From Candidatus Aenigmatarchaeota archaeon (GTDB lineage: Archaea; Aenigmatarchaeota; Aenigmatarchaeia; PWEA01; JAGHBM01): DNA of 60,248 bases. The translations under genes and the position numbers were made by a program. The stretch is from contig JAGGZI010000040.1 in assembly GCA_021162085.1 (NCBI GenBank), forward strand, positions 1-60,248, in the 5' to 3' direction. Below the pieces are notes generated by a model. That model worked only from the letters and a program-made list of their open reading frames with translations. It was not told the origin of the DNA and did not search any database. Position 1 is the first letter of the stretch. Each line of letters starts with the position of its first letter. Positions 37,949-46,566 of the stretch are shown in pieces.

Positions 37949-38155
37949 TCATTCTGCAATGGAATTCTCTATATCACTAACCGTTATGTTGTTCACCGCC
38001 TCATCCAATTCCTGTTCTATGGCATTATCCGCCTGGTTTTCTAAGCTTGGTGCTGTTATCTGGGATTCTGCTGTTCCAGTTTTTCCCTGACTAACACATC
38101 CGCTTATGAATATCACTGAAATTAAGAGGCCTATAAGGGCAAACTCCTTTATCAT
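37949..38155 (-). CDS. Small acidic lipoprotein-like secreted protein
   Basis: LIGLLISVIFISGC lipobox-like N-terminus. 4-nt overlap with the upstream gene's stop. Confidence 0.4.
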   Translation of the reverse strand: MIKEFALIGLLISVIFISGCVSQGKTGTAESQITAPSLENQADNAIEQELDEAVNNITVSDIENSIAE

Positions 38156-39078
38156 CTTCTACCACCCAGTACATTACTTATTCCGCCAACGGTTGTGTTA
38201 GTTTCCATTGAACCGGTATTGATTTCTCTTATTCTGTTCCTGATGGCCTGCGCTCTCTCGAGCAATCTTGGATTGTTTATCACGGTTTGCTTTACTACTG
38301 CACATCCTGGGTTGTCTGGATGATTTTTGCAGAAGTTTACTATCTTATCTCCTATTCTTTTACATAGAATGGATTCTGAGTGAACCTCACAGTACTTCTT
38401 TGCCCTGTTGAGCTCGAATGGAACACAATACCTGTTAGTTGGATTGTTCTTGCACCAATTTGCGAATTCTTCTCTACATCTTATGTCCTTCATTTTTGTC
38501 TTCATACAGTATGCTCTGAACAATGCTCTGCACCTTGCATCTTCTGGATTGTTCTGACAGTAACTTGCAATCTTTTTGCAGTTCTGGTCTCCTGGATTTT
38601 CTTTACAATACTCTGAGACTTTATCTTTTAGCTCTGAAGGTCTTATTGGTCTGTTTCCTTCAATTATGTATGTGTTGTAGGTTTCACCATTCAGATTAAT
38701 TGTTCCTGCCCATACCTCTGTATCGCCCTTCATCACTGAAGACAAATCGAATGAGCCAGCTTCTGTTCCATTTGCATACATCTTTCCTGTGACTTCTCCA
38801 TCGTTCATTGATATGTTTCTTAGCCTATATCTTGTGTCATCAAGTAGAGCCACTCCCACTGAGAGCGTGTTGTTTCCTGCTACAACTTTCCCTATACCGA
38901 ACTTTATTATCATGAAGTTCATTGGATCGCTGGATGATGCTATTATACCTTTTCCAAGTACCATCAATGATTCTATCTTTACTCTTCCTTGGTTTGCTGG
39001 TGTATTTGTTGGACCCTGTGCCATTGCTGGGATTGCCAACAACGATAAGGTAATAAGTATTACCAATATCTTCTTCAT
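38152..39078 (-). CDS. Secreted protein with six tandem Cx8-9C units
   Basis: Signal peptide MKKILVILITLSLLAIPAMA. Cys pairs at 158/167, 174/183, 191/201, 209/218, 230/239 and 250/259, several as C-[KQ]-N-[NH]-P-x4-C. Confidence 0.6.
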   Translation of the reverse strand: MKKILVILITLSLLAIPAMAQGPTNTPANQGRVKIESLMVLGKGIIASSSDPMNFMIIKFGIGKVVAGNNTLSVGVALLDDTRYRLRNISMNDGEVTGKMYANGTEAGSFDLSSVMKGDTEVWAGTINLNGETYNTYIIEGNRPIRPSELKDKVSEYCKENPGDQNCKKIASYCQNNPEDARCRALFRAYCMKTKMKDIRCREEFANWCKNNPTNRYCVPFELNRAKKYCEVHSESILCKRIGDKIVNFCKNHPDNPGCAVVKQTVINNPRLLERAQAIRNRIREINTGSMETNTTVGGISNVLGGRR

Positions 39079-39139
39079 TTTAAATCACCTTTTTATAAGA
39101 TTATAAGGAACTTTTATATAAAAATAGAGTATGATGAAA

Positions 39140-40138
39140 TTATATTCTCTTTGACTTCTTACCGAGTGATTTTTCTATCATCTTTAGAATTTCTCTGAAG
39201 GCACGATTGGCTTCACCAGGTTTCTTCCCATTTGCAGATGCTGCAACATCATGACCGCCCGCGGAGCCATCTATGATTTCTTCTATCTTTGAAAATATTT
39301 CTGCAAGATTTATTTTTTCTCTAAGGTAAGATTTCATCCTCCCGGAGATTCTAAGAGATTTCTTTTTGGGAGCTGCAACTATTGCTATGTCAGCTCCAGC
39401 CTTCAGCAAGTTACGGGCAACAGCAGCTTCAAAGGAGCCAACATGAGTAAAAGAAATTATAATGTCACCTATTCTGTATGACGTAGACCTGTTGAATGCT
39501 TTGAGAGTTGCTATTCTTTCAGATATATCGGTCTCAGTTTTCAATATGTCTAAGATTTCGCTATAACTCTTGTCGGAGATTTTAAGTAATTCTACCAGAG
39601 TTTCAAATGTCTCTATGTCGGCATTTCTCAAGTGTGCAGTGTCATATATAATTCCAGAAGCGAGTAAGAATCCCATTCTCGGTGTTAGTTCCACACCCAT
39701 TCTTCTCGAGATCTGAAATATTATTTCAGAACATGATTTTGCGTCTGGATCAACGTATGATTTTGATGAGCTTGTTAAAGGTCCAGGAATATGGTGGTCT
39801 ATGACTATCAGGTTCTTTCCATTGGGAATTTTTATTGGGATCAACTGTTCTGGTGCTGATGTGTCAACCACGATTATGTTTTCGTATTCTTTTATATCAG
39901 GGTCTATCTTAATCTCTTCATCTCCTACAAATTTCCTTGCAACCTCACTTATGCTTTCTGCAACACCAATGTCCACAACCTTGTCAATTTTTTCAAGAAT
40001 TTTTTTGAGAACTATTGCTGAGGCTATGCCATCAACATCTGCATTATGATGTGTTAGAATGATTACATTGTATACATTCTCCAGCTCATCTTTTATCTTA
40101 TCAAGGTTTCTCTCTTTTTGAATATCGACATCTATCAT
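39140..40138 (-). CDS. DHH/DHHA1 phosphoesterase (NrnA/RecJ-like)
   Basis: ILTHHNADVDGIAS, VVDTS, VIDHH and GGHDVAAS motifs. Confidence 0.82.
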   Translation of the reverse strand: MIDVDIQKERNLDKIKDELENVYNVIILTHHNADVDGIASAIVLKKILEKIDKVVDIGVAESISEVARKFVGDEEIKIDPDIKEYENIIVVDTSAPEQLIPIKIPNGKNLIVIDHHIPGPLTSSSKSYVDPDAKSCSEIIFQISRRMGVELTPRMGFLLASGIIYDTAHLRNADIETFETLVELLKISDKSYSEILDILKTETDISERIATLKAFNRSTSYRIGDIIISFTHVGSFEAAVARNLLKAGADIAIVAAPKKKSLRISGRMKSYLREKINLAEIFSKIEEIIDGSAGGHDVAASANGKKPGEANRAFREILKMIEKSLGKKSKRI

Positions 40139-40174
40139 AATTTAAAATAAAAGAAGAAGAGAATAAAAAGTTTT

Positions 40175-40537
40175 TTATTCTGCCTTTTCATTTCCTTCGT
40201 TTATGATTTTCTGTAATTTCTCCTGGTTTCTCATTGCGCTTTCCCTTATTCTCTTTTCGCTGTTCTCAACAAGTTTTAAGCTGTTGTTTATGCTGTCTAT
40301 TTTGTCTTCAAGTTCTTTTTTGAGTTCTTCTTTACCCTTCTTCACAAGTATGGGTCCAACGACTTTGAATACCTCGTCGTCATCCTTTGTTTTTTCTAAT
40401 TCTGCCAGGGCAGTTTCCAATTCTACCTTCTGATAGGAGAGACTTTGTTTTTGAAGAGACATGTTTTGTAGTTGCTTCTCCTGTTGCTGTAACTGTGTTA
40501 CAAGTCTCTGAGCCTCTGGAGAAATATCATAGTTCAA
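40175..40537 (-). CDS. pfdB: Prefoldin beta subunit
   Basis: 120-aa coiled-coil/beta-hairpin/coiled-coil layout (QQLQ...VFKVVGPILVKK...). TTG start. Last gene of the exosome-superoperon-like run. Confidence 0.82.
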   Translation of the reverse strand: MNYDISPEAQRLVTQLQQQEKQLQNMSLQKQSLSYQKVELETALAELEKTKDDDEVFKVVGPILVKKGKEELKKELEDKIDSINNSLKLVENSEKRIRESAMRNQEKLQKIINEGNEKAE

Positions 40538-40541
40538 TCAA

Positions 40542-40676
40542 TCACCTCGCCTTTACCTTTCTTTCTATAGGTGCTCTCTTCTTTATTAATATTCTGTATC
40601 CACAGTAAGGACATCTTACCCTTTTTCTAACATCTTCCAATGAAACGTCTTTACCACACCTCAAACATTTATACAA
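40542..40676 (-). CDS. rpoP: DNA-directed RNA polymerase subunit P (Rpo12/RpoP)
   Basis: Not in the ORF track (44 aa). TTG start 1 nt after the L37Ae stop codon. Translation (M)YKCLRCGKDVSLEDVRKRVRCPYCGYRILIKKRAPIERKVKAR carries the CxxC...CxxC zinc ribbon. Confidence 0.78.
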   Translation of the reverse strand: MYKCLRCGKDVSLEDVRKRVRCPYCGYRILIKKRAPIERKVKAR

Positions 40677-40677
40677 A

Positions 40678-40911
40678 TTAAGCACCTCTTACTTTAGATG
40701 GTGGTTTGTATGCTCCACCCGCAATCTTTTTTCCACAACTCTTACATACCCATATCCCATAGCTTTCTCTTTTCAGACTCATCTTATGACATGAAGGACA
40801 TTCATAAGTTTTTTTTCTGTAACTACTTTCTATCTTTTTTATTCTTTCCCTTATTCTTCTTCCATATCTTGATCCAAATCTTCCTGCAATGCCAACTTTT
40901 TTAGTCCTCAT
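40678..40911 (-). CDS. rpl37ae: 50S ribosomal protein L37Ae (eL43)
   Basis: [11 protein letters not shown], and zinc ribbon CPSC...CKSCG. Confidence 0.93.
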   Translation of the reverse strand: MRTKKVGIAGRFGSRYGRRIRERIKKIESSYRKKTYECPSCHKMSLKRESYGIWVCKSCGKKIAGGAYKPPSKVRGA

Positions 40912-40917
40912 ATTTCA

Positions 40918-41706
40918 TCACTTTACAAAGTTTTTAAAGTATTTTTCCCTTATTTCTTTGCCCTTCTCCATCGATATTTTTATGGCTTCGTTGAGTTCGT
41001 CTGCCGTGAATCCGCCTACACCACTCTTTTGCATGGCACACATGGCACCGTCTATTGTTGTTATGGTTATCTTGCCTTCTGTTGCTTCTTCTTCCTCGTA
41101 AGTTGGGTCAACGAGCAGCTTTCCTGAAATTTTATTTACAGTACATGATATAGGTATTTTGCTTATTTCAAGTTTTCCTGTGTATTCTTCTCTATTTATA
41201 GTTTCATCTTCCTCAATTTTTGGTATTTTCGTGTCTAGAAGCGCTGCTATGGCACCTATGCTTGAGGCATCCATCAAGTTTCCACCATCACTTATTATGT
41301 GAATGTCAACGAAAACTATCCACACCCTTTCTCCTTCCTTTATGCATAGTTTTTTCAGGTTTATTGCTTTGGACTCTCTTATACCTCTGTCGACCACTCT
41401 TGCAAGTTCTATTGCATTTTCATCAGGAGGTCCTGACTCGAATTCTGGTGATGCTATTGGGACAAGCTCTGCGTTGACTATTAAAATTCCTTCATCTGGT
41501 GTGTCAGGGAAAGGTTCTCCAACTTCCATCTTAACTCCCACCAAAACTTTGGTATCTCCTAACGTTACGAGCGCAGAACCTTCTGCATTCTTGACGTAAC
41601 CTGTTTCTATTTTCATATCCCTGAATTGTAAGAAGTCTCTACCGTCATCTCTCTTACCTTCTTTAACGAGATTTTTTATGTAAGTCTTATCTATTTCTGT
41701 GATCAT
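40918..41706 (-). CDS. rrp42: Exosome complex component Rrp42
   Basis: RNase PH-like fold: GKRDDGRDFLQFRDMKIETGYVKNAEGSALVTLGDTKVLVGVK. Confidence 0.9.
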   Translation of the reverse strand: MITEIDKTYIKNLVKEGKRDDGRDFLQFRDMKIETGYVKNAEGSALVTLGDTKVLVGVKMEVGEPFPDTPDEGILIVNAELVPIASPEFESGPPDENAIELARVVDRGIRESKAINLKKLCIKEGERVWIVFVDIHIISDGGNLMDASSIGAIAALLDTKIPKIEEDETINREEYTGKLEISKIPISCTVNKISGKLLVDPTYEEEEATEGKITITTIDGAMCAMQKSGVGGFTADELNEAIKISMEKGKEIREKYFKNFVK

Positions 41707-41710
41707 TCTT

Positions 41711-42466
41711 TCACCTCTCTTCGTTATTTTCTCGGGGAATCTCTTCTATTTTTTCCCATACCTCATACTTTCTTTTTAGCGCTTTAACCTGCTCGTCGTA
41801 TATCTTTTTGCATCCTTCTATTGCCATTCCTATAGCCTTTTTGAATTCGTCATGCGTTAGTATACCATCCATCTGGAGCAGGTATATCTTATTATCACTT
41901 GGAATGTATGCTATTGGAAGGTCAACTTCTCCTTCTGTGTCCTCCTTTCCTGCAACATCCAGTACAATTTCTCCATCAACTTTTCCAACTGAGCAGGATG
42001 CCATTAGGTCCTTCATTGGTATACCTGCATCTGCAAGAGCCAGAGAGGCGGCATTCAATCCTACACATCTCGTGCTTGCATTTGCCTCAAGAATTTCTAT
42101 GTAAATTTCTATTCCTGCCCTTGGGAATTCGTCCAGATTTATTACAGATGACAGAGCCTCCCTTATAACTTTGCTGATTTCAGCCGACCTTCTACTTGGG
42201 CCAGGCCTCACCCTTTCCGTTGTGGAGAATGGGGCCATGTTGTATCTGCATTTTACAAATGCCTTAATTGGATCCACAAGGTGCTTTGGGTGCAGTTCTC
42301 TTGGTCCATAAACAGCTGCAACAGCAGACGTATTACCAAGTCTGAAGTAAGCTGAGCCTGTAGCCCTTTTAATTATACCAACTTTTGCTTCCATTTCTCT
42401 CATTTCATTTAACTTTCTTCCATCCAATCTTATACCATTTTTTATAAGTTTAACTTCTTCACTCAT
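41711..42466 (-). CDS. rrp41: Exosome complex exonuclease Rrp41 (RNase PH-like)
   Basis: RLDGRKLNEMREMEAKVGIIKRATGSAYFRLGNTSAVAAVYGPRE and GPSRRSAEISK phosphate-site-like motif. Confidence 0.92.
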   Translation of the reverse strand: MSEEVKLIKNGIRLDGRKLNEMREMEAKVGIIKRATGSAYFRLGNTSAVAAVYGPRELHPKHLVDPIKAFVKCRYNMAPFSTTERVRPGPSRRSAEISKVIREALSSVINLDEFPRAGIEIYIEILEANASTRCVGLNAASLALADAGIPMKDLMASCSVGKVDGEIVLDVAGKEDTEGEVDLPIAYIPSDNKIYLLQMDGILTHDEFKKAIGMAIEGCKKIYDEQVKALKRKYEVWEKIEEIPRENNEER

Positions 42467-43176
42467 TCTTTATCACCTTTTATTTCTTTATCAAGCATTT
42501 CTGATATTCTATTCGTTAGTCCATCTACGTGGCTTTCCCTTTCAACCATCATTACTGCCTTGGCTGCAAGGGATTCTCTACCACCGTTTATCCATACGAG
42601 TCCGTTCTGTCCAACTATTATCTGGCAGCCAGTTTTGTTCTTTATCATCTCTATCATGCTGCCATTCTTTCCTATGAGCCTTGGAACCTTCGCGGGTGTT
42701 ATCCTTACTATGTTTCCTCCGTGAAGCTTTCTGCACATCCTATCCTTCATTGTTAGTTGAACATCTTTTTTCTTTGTAACTCTCTGAATCTTTGCGTATA
42801 TAACGTCTCCCACATCGAAGTATTCGGTTATATCCTTTCTTGACAGGTCAACGAATTCTTCAACGGCTTCCGCCAAGGAGAGATATCCTATGTATGGCGA
42901 ATTTATGTCAACCAACCATGACGTTATCTGAACGTCTTTTATTTCTCCTATCACCCTATCGTTTGGTATTGGTACATAAACACCCGCCAACGGTATCACA
43001 CTTATAAGGTGTTCCTTTATCTTTACCAATCCAAGGATGTTACTTCTTATCTCTCCATTTTCTTTGTAAGCGCCCTTCCCAGGCAAAAAATCTATTCCCC
43101 TGGCCAATAACTCGCCAGGCACGACTACCTTTCTTTCTCCAACAAATAATTTACTTTCCTGTTTAACTTCTTCCAT
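42463..43176 (-). CDS. rrp4: Exosome RNA-binding subunit Rrp4 (S1 + KH)
   Basis: S1 region (DRVIGEIKDVQITSWLVDINSP) and KH motif (LIGKNGSMIEMIKNKTGCQIIVGQNGLVWI). MEEVKQ start chosen; the 36-aa upstream extension looks non-coding. Confidence 0.88.
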   Translation of the reverse strand: MEEVKQESKLFVGERKVVVPGELLARGIDFLPGKGAYKENGEIRSNILGLVKIKEHLISVIPLAGVYVPIPNDRVIGEIKDVQITSWLVDINSPYIGYLSLAEAVEEFVDLSRKDITEYFDVGDVIYAKIQRVTKKKDVQLTMKDRMCRKLHGGNIVRITPAKVPRLIGKNGSMIEMIKNKTGCQIIVGQNGLVWINGGRESLAAKAVMMVERESHVDGLTNRISEMLDKEIKGDKE

Positions 43177-43327
43177 CAAAACACCTCTCAAATATCTGTT
43201 TTGTTCTCTTGTATCATGACAATAATTTTTTAATACACTTCTTATGGGAATCAATCCCCTTAGCAATTTTAGGGGTGTAAACAATATAAGTTTTTTGTTA
43301 TCCTTTGTTTGCGTGTTATCGTATATG

Positions 43328-43681
43328 TCATTCTAATTTCACTTCCTTTTCTGGTGCCCACGAAGGTGTATGGACTAGGAGTAATTTCAGAACAGTCCCC
43401 TTTATTGCTTTATAATCGTATGGTGTGTTTTTTGGGATAATTATGACATCGGTAGGTTTAACGGGTATAGTCTTTTCATCTATTATGAATTCTCCTTCAC
43501 CTTCTAGAACATAATATACCCTATTACTCACAAGACTCTTAACTTTACCATGTCTTCCTGTTACTTCAAATAAAGCTACACTCGCATCCTTAAAATCTGA
43601 GGAATTGTTGTATGCTTTACCTTTTATTCCTTCCCATCCAAAATCATATGCTTCTTTCAAAGTAAATTTATATTTTTTCAT
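43328..43681 (-). CDS. Cupin-domain protein
   Basis: GRHGKVKSLVSNRVYYVLEGEGEFIIDEKTIPVKPTDVIIIPKNTPY resembles the two cupin beta-motifs. Confidence 0.65.
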   Translation of the reverse strand: MKKYKFTLKEAYDFGWEGIKGKAYNNSSDFKDASVALFEVTGRHGKVKSLVSNRVYYVLEGEGEFIIDEKTIPVKPTDVIIIPKNTPYDYKAIKGTVLKLLLVHTPSWAPEKEVKLE

Positions 43682-43685
43682 CCAA

Positions 43686-44384
43686 TCACTTTATTATCTT
43701 GGTTTCTGCTTCGCCCTTCGTCAGTGAGTTAAGCAGTTCATAAAAATCTCCCTGCATCCCTGCGGGAATTTCTATTACACAAAACCACGAGCCGTCGTTT
43801 TTCCATTCTTCCTTCTTTATCTCTCCAAATTCCTTTATCTTCCCGTAAGATTTTCCAACGAATGCTGCTGGAATTCTAATTGCTATCTTCACAGATTCCA
43901 TGCTTATCGGTATTACAGGCTTAAGCGCCGTCAGTACTCTTTCCACCTGAGCTTCTGCAGACTCAGTTTCATCAATATGAACCCTTGCCTCATCCATTGC
44001 GTTTAAAATTCTTTGAGGAGGATGTGGTATCTTCGTCTTGGGGTCAACTGATTTCCTTGATATTATGTTCGCAATCTTTATTTTCTTTTCCTCTCTTATC
44101 TTCCTTCTTTGTTCTGTTGTTAGCTGGACCATACCTTCCCTTATTATTCTGTATGCTATGGTTTTGAAGTCGTCCGTTCCAAATACTTTTTTCAGGTCTT
44201 CTTCCTTGCAGCGCTCTCCCTTTGCGGAGTCTTCAAACACTTCGTCTATTACCGTGAGGTCATCTATTGGGACATCTTTCCCTCTCTTTGCTTCCATTGC
44301 CTTGTAAGGATCTACCAGAATCTCAAACTTCTTTCCATGAGATATCAATCTGGCTATGACCGCATTCTCCGTAGAAATGGACAT
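43686..44384 (-). CDS. sdo1: SBDS-family ribosome maturation protein (Sdo1)
   Basis: VIARLISHGKKFEILVDPYKA N-terminal FYSH-like motif and three-domain size. Confidence 0.88.
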   Translation of the reverse strand: MSISTENAVIARLISHGKKFEILVDPYKAMEAKRGKDVPIDDLTVIDEVFEDSAKGERCKEEDLKKVFGTDDFKTIAYRIIREGMVQLTTEQRRKIREEKKIKIANIISRKSVDPKTKIPHPPQRILNAMDEARVHIDETESAEAQVERVLTALKPVIPISMESVKIAIRIPAAFVGKSYGKIKEFGEIKKEEWKNDGSWFCVIEIPAGMQGDFYELLNSLTKGEAETKIIK

Positions 44385-44405
44385 AAAATTCCCCTAATAT
44401 CCAAA

Positions 44406-45119
44406 CTAAGATTTCTTCAAAAGATTTAGCTTTTCCTTACCCTCATACCTTTTAAATCCGTTTTTGTTTATTACCGCAACCTCTATGTTTTCTGTTGTTA
44501 TTCCCTTCTCTGATTTTTTCAATGCCTTCAATGCAAGCGCTATCGCTTTTTTCATGTCCATATTCTCTTTCCATCCTGTTTCAAGTATCTTCCTTGCTGT
44601 TTCCAGACCTCTGCCTATAGCCTGTGCCTTCCACTCAAACATTGAGCCGCCCGGGTCTGTTTCAAAGAGGAACGGCCTTTCATCCATGCCTGCTATCAAG
44701 AAGGACACACCCATAGGCCTTAATCCTGCATATTGCGTGTGAAGTTGCTTTAAGTCCGATATGTATTTGGTTAAGCTCAACGTGTCTATTGGCTCCTCGT
44801 AAGTTATTCTATGGATTTGTGCCTTAACTCTTGCTTTATCTATTAATACCCTTGCATCGCCGAGAAGTCCAGACGACACTATACCTATGTGGTCATCAAC
44901 CTGCTGTATCTTTTCATTCTGGAAGTTTCTTACAGACAGCTTGTCTACAGGTCTTGCTGCCATGACCACTATACCATCCTTAAATGTGACTGCAACCGAT
45001 GTTGAGCCTCTTTTAACTGCTTCCCTCGCATACTCTACCTGGAACAATCTTCCATCAGGAGAAAATGTCACAATTGCCCTGTCATATCCCATTTTACCCA
45101 TATCTGGCATAACTTCCAT
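44406..45119 (-). CDS. psmA: Proteasome subunit alpha
   Basis: GYDRAIVTFSPDGRLFQVEYAREAVKRGST signature. Confidence 0.95.
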   Translation of the reverse strand: MEVMPDMGKMGYDRAIVTFSPDGRLFQVEYAREAVKRGSTSVAVTFKDGIVVMAARPVDKLSVRNFQNEKIQQVDDHIGIVSSGLLGDARVLIDKARVKAQIHRITYEEPIDTLSLTKYISDLKQLHTQYAGLRPMGVSFLIAGMDERPFLFETDPGGSMFEWKAQAIGRGLETARKILETGWKENMDMKKAIALALKALKKSEKGITTENIEVAVINKNGFKRYEGKEKLNLLKKS

Positions 45120-45168
45120 TTACTTCACCTACTTAACTTTTTTAGAATTTTCACATTTAAAAAGGTTT

Positions 45169-45459
45169 CTATTCTTCTAATCCAATTATGTGTCTTATCT
45201 CCTTTATTATCTCTTCTGGCTCATTTCTAAAGAGGTCATCCAGATATTCCTCTGGTTTCACTCCTTCTTTTTTGGCTTCTTTGTATACGGATTCCGCCAG
45301 GACCTGACCAAATGGAAGTTTTTCTCTTTTCATCAATTCGAATGGAAGCATGTTGAACATCTTTCTTAGTCTTCTTCCATCTTCAGGTCTATCGTCTTCA
45401 TAGTCAATCAGTTTTTCATTTATGTAAATCTTCAAGTTTTCAATTTCTTCTTCCATCAT
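45169..45459 (-). CDS. Hypothetical acidic protein (96 aa)
   Basis: ORF between alba and psmA on the same strand. No family recognised. Confidence 0.4.
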   Translation of the reverse strand: MMEEEIENLKIYINEKLIDYEDDRPEDGRRLRKMFNMLPFELMKREKLPFGQVLAESVYKEAKKEGVKPEEYLDDLFRNEPEEIIKEIRHIIGLEE

Positions 45460-45499
45460 TTAAATTTTATGAGAAAAGGAATTTAAGCATGCCTTTTTT

Positions 45500-45540
45500 G
45501 CAAAAAATAAAAAATAAGGGGAAAAGAAAAGCACATCCCC
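45500..45540 (-). terminator. Hairpin plus oligo-T tract downstream of albA
   Basis: On the minus strand, GGGGA-(13 nt)-UCCCC (45540..45518) is followed by CUUAUUUUUUAUUUUUUG (45517..45500), directly after the alba stop at 45543. Confidence 0.4.
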
Positions 45541-45542
45541 AC

Positions 45543-45839
45543 TTATTTTGCTAACGTTATGTCTATCGTTGACACGTTTATTTTGTCTCCATTTTCAGTT
45601 GTTATTTCATCTGTTCCTATGTCCACGCTTTTTATCTTTGCTCCTTCGGCAAATTTGTTCCTTGTGATTTCTGCTACGTCCACTGCCTTGGATATGGACT
45701 TTCCTCTTGCCTTGATGTGTATTTCATTTATTCCTCCGTTGAACTGCGTCACACATGCAAGGACGTAAGACATCGTTGGTTTTTTCCCAACGAATACCAT
45801 GTTTTCTTCTGCTTTTTCTTTCTTCTTTTCTTCTGCCAT
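45543..45839 (-). CDS. albA: Chromatin/RNA-binding protein Alba
   Basis: [49 protein letters not shown]. Confidence 0.92.
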   Translation of the reverse strand: MAEEKKKEKAEENMVFVGKKPTMSYVLACVTQFNGGINEIHIKARGKSISKAVDVAEITRNKFAEGAKIKSVDIGTDEITTENGDKINVSTIDITLAK

Positions 45840-45928
45840 TACTTACACCTCCGATTTTTGTTGTTCTTTTTATCCTAGGACTCTAGGAGCATTACCGTTT
45901 TAAAATCATCATATCAAATATTTAAAGA

Positions 45929-46255
45929 TTACTTATTTAATCCCATACAGCACATCGATTCTGCCTTCTCTAGTTTTTTTTGGTTGTTGGGAGGATTCCA
46001 TTTATAACCCAATGTACAGTTTATCGCATCCACAAGGTCTCCATAGTTGCTCATGTCGCTTGCTTTAATCTTATCATCGCATCCTCCGGCAGAAACGAAT
46101 TTCTGACACTCGGCACTGAGTTTTGCCTGACATTTCATGGTACTTGATGGTGTTCCAAATGCACCAACGAAGAAAGCCACAATTCCAAGGAGCACTATCA
46201 GTCCAACGGCAAGTATTATTATTGTATTTATCGGTATTGACATACCTTTTTTCAT
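45929..46255 (-). CDS. Pilin-like protein with class III signal peptide and 6-Cys C-domain (paralogue A)
   Basis: MKKG|MSIPINTIIILAVGLIVLLGIVAFFV, then MKCQAKLSAECQKFVSAGGCDD ... CC. Last gene of the pilus operon. Confidence 0.7.
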   Translation of the reverse strand: MKKGMSIPINTIIILAVGLIVLLGIVAFFVGAFGTPSSTMKCQAKLSAECQKFVSAGGCDDKIKASDMSNYGDLVDAINCTLGYKWNPPNNQKKLEKAESMCCMGLNK

Positions 46256-46265
46256 ATATTCACCT

Positions 46266-46556
46266 TTAGGTTGTGATTGTTGTTGAATTCTGACAACAAG
46301 TATCTCTTACATCTGCTTCACTTATTCCCATACATGATGCTGCATTTTTTAAAGAGTCTAAATCTCCTTTGTTTATGTCATCGCATCCACCAGCTGCAAC
46401 GTATTTGGCACATTCAGCATTCCACTTTGCCTGACATTTCATGGTGTTGCCACCCGGCGTTGCCGAACCCATGAATATGGCAAGAAGTGAGGCAAGCACA
46501 ATCAGCCCAATAACTAATATAATTATCGTATTTATCGACATTGATATTCCTTTCAT
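46266..46556 (-). CDS. Pilin-like protein with class III signal peptide and 6-Cys C-domain (paralogue B)
   Basis: MKG|ISMSINTIIILVIGLIVLASLLAIF, then MKCQAKWNAECAKYVAAGGCDD ... CC. Confidence 0.7.
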   Translation of the reverse strand: MKGISMSINTIIILVIGLIVLASLLAIFMGSATPGGNTMKCQAKWNAECAKYVAAGGCDDINKGDLDSLKNAASCMGISEADVRDTCCQNSTTITT

Positions 46557-46566
46557 TTTAAATCAC

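Noticed and set aside
43177-43284. N-terminal extensions offered by the ORF track for rrp4 (36 aa). The same applies to purF (27209-27268), rnp2 (23170-23205), proS (30161-30238), rpl15e (21708-21722) and the 53478..53660 and 53090..53284 mini-ORFs.
   Set aside because: Family-typical N-termini begin at internal Met codons: MCGV for the PurF Ntn Cys, LPPTLRG for Pop5, MGLYQ for L15e. Those positions also restore SD spacing or stop/start coupling. The extensions would eliminate the promoter spacers.
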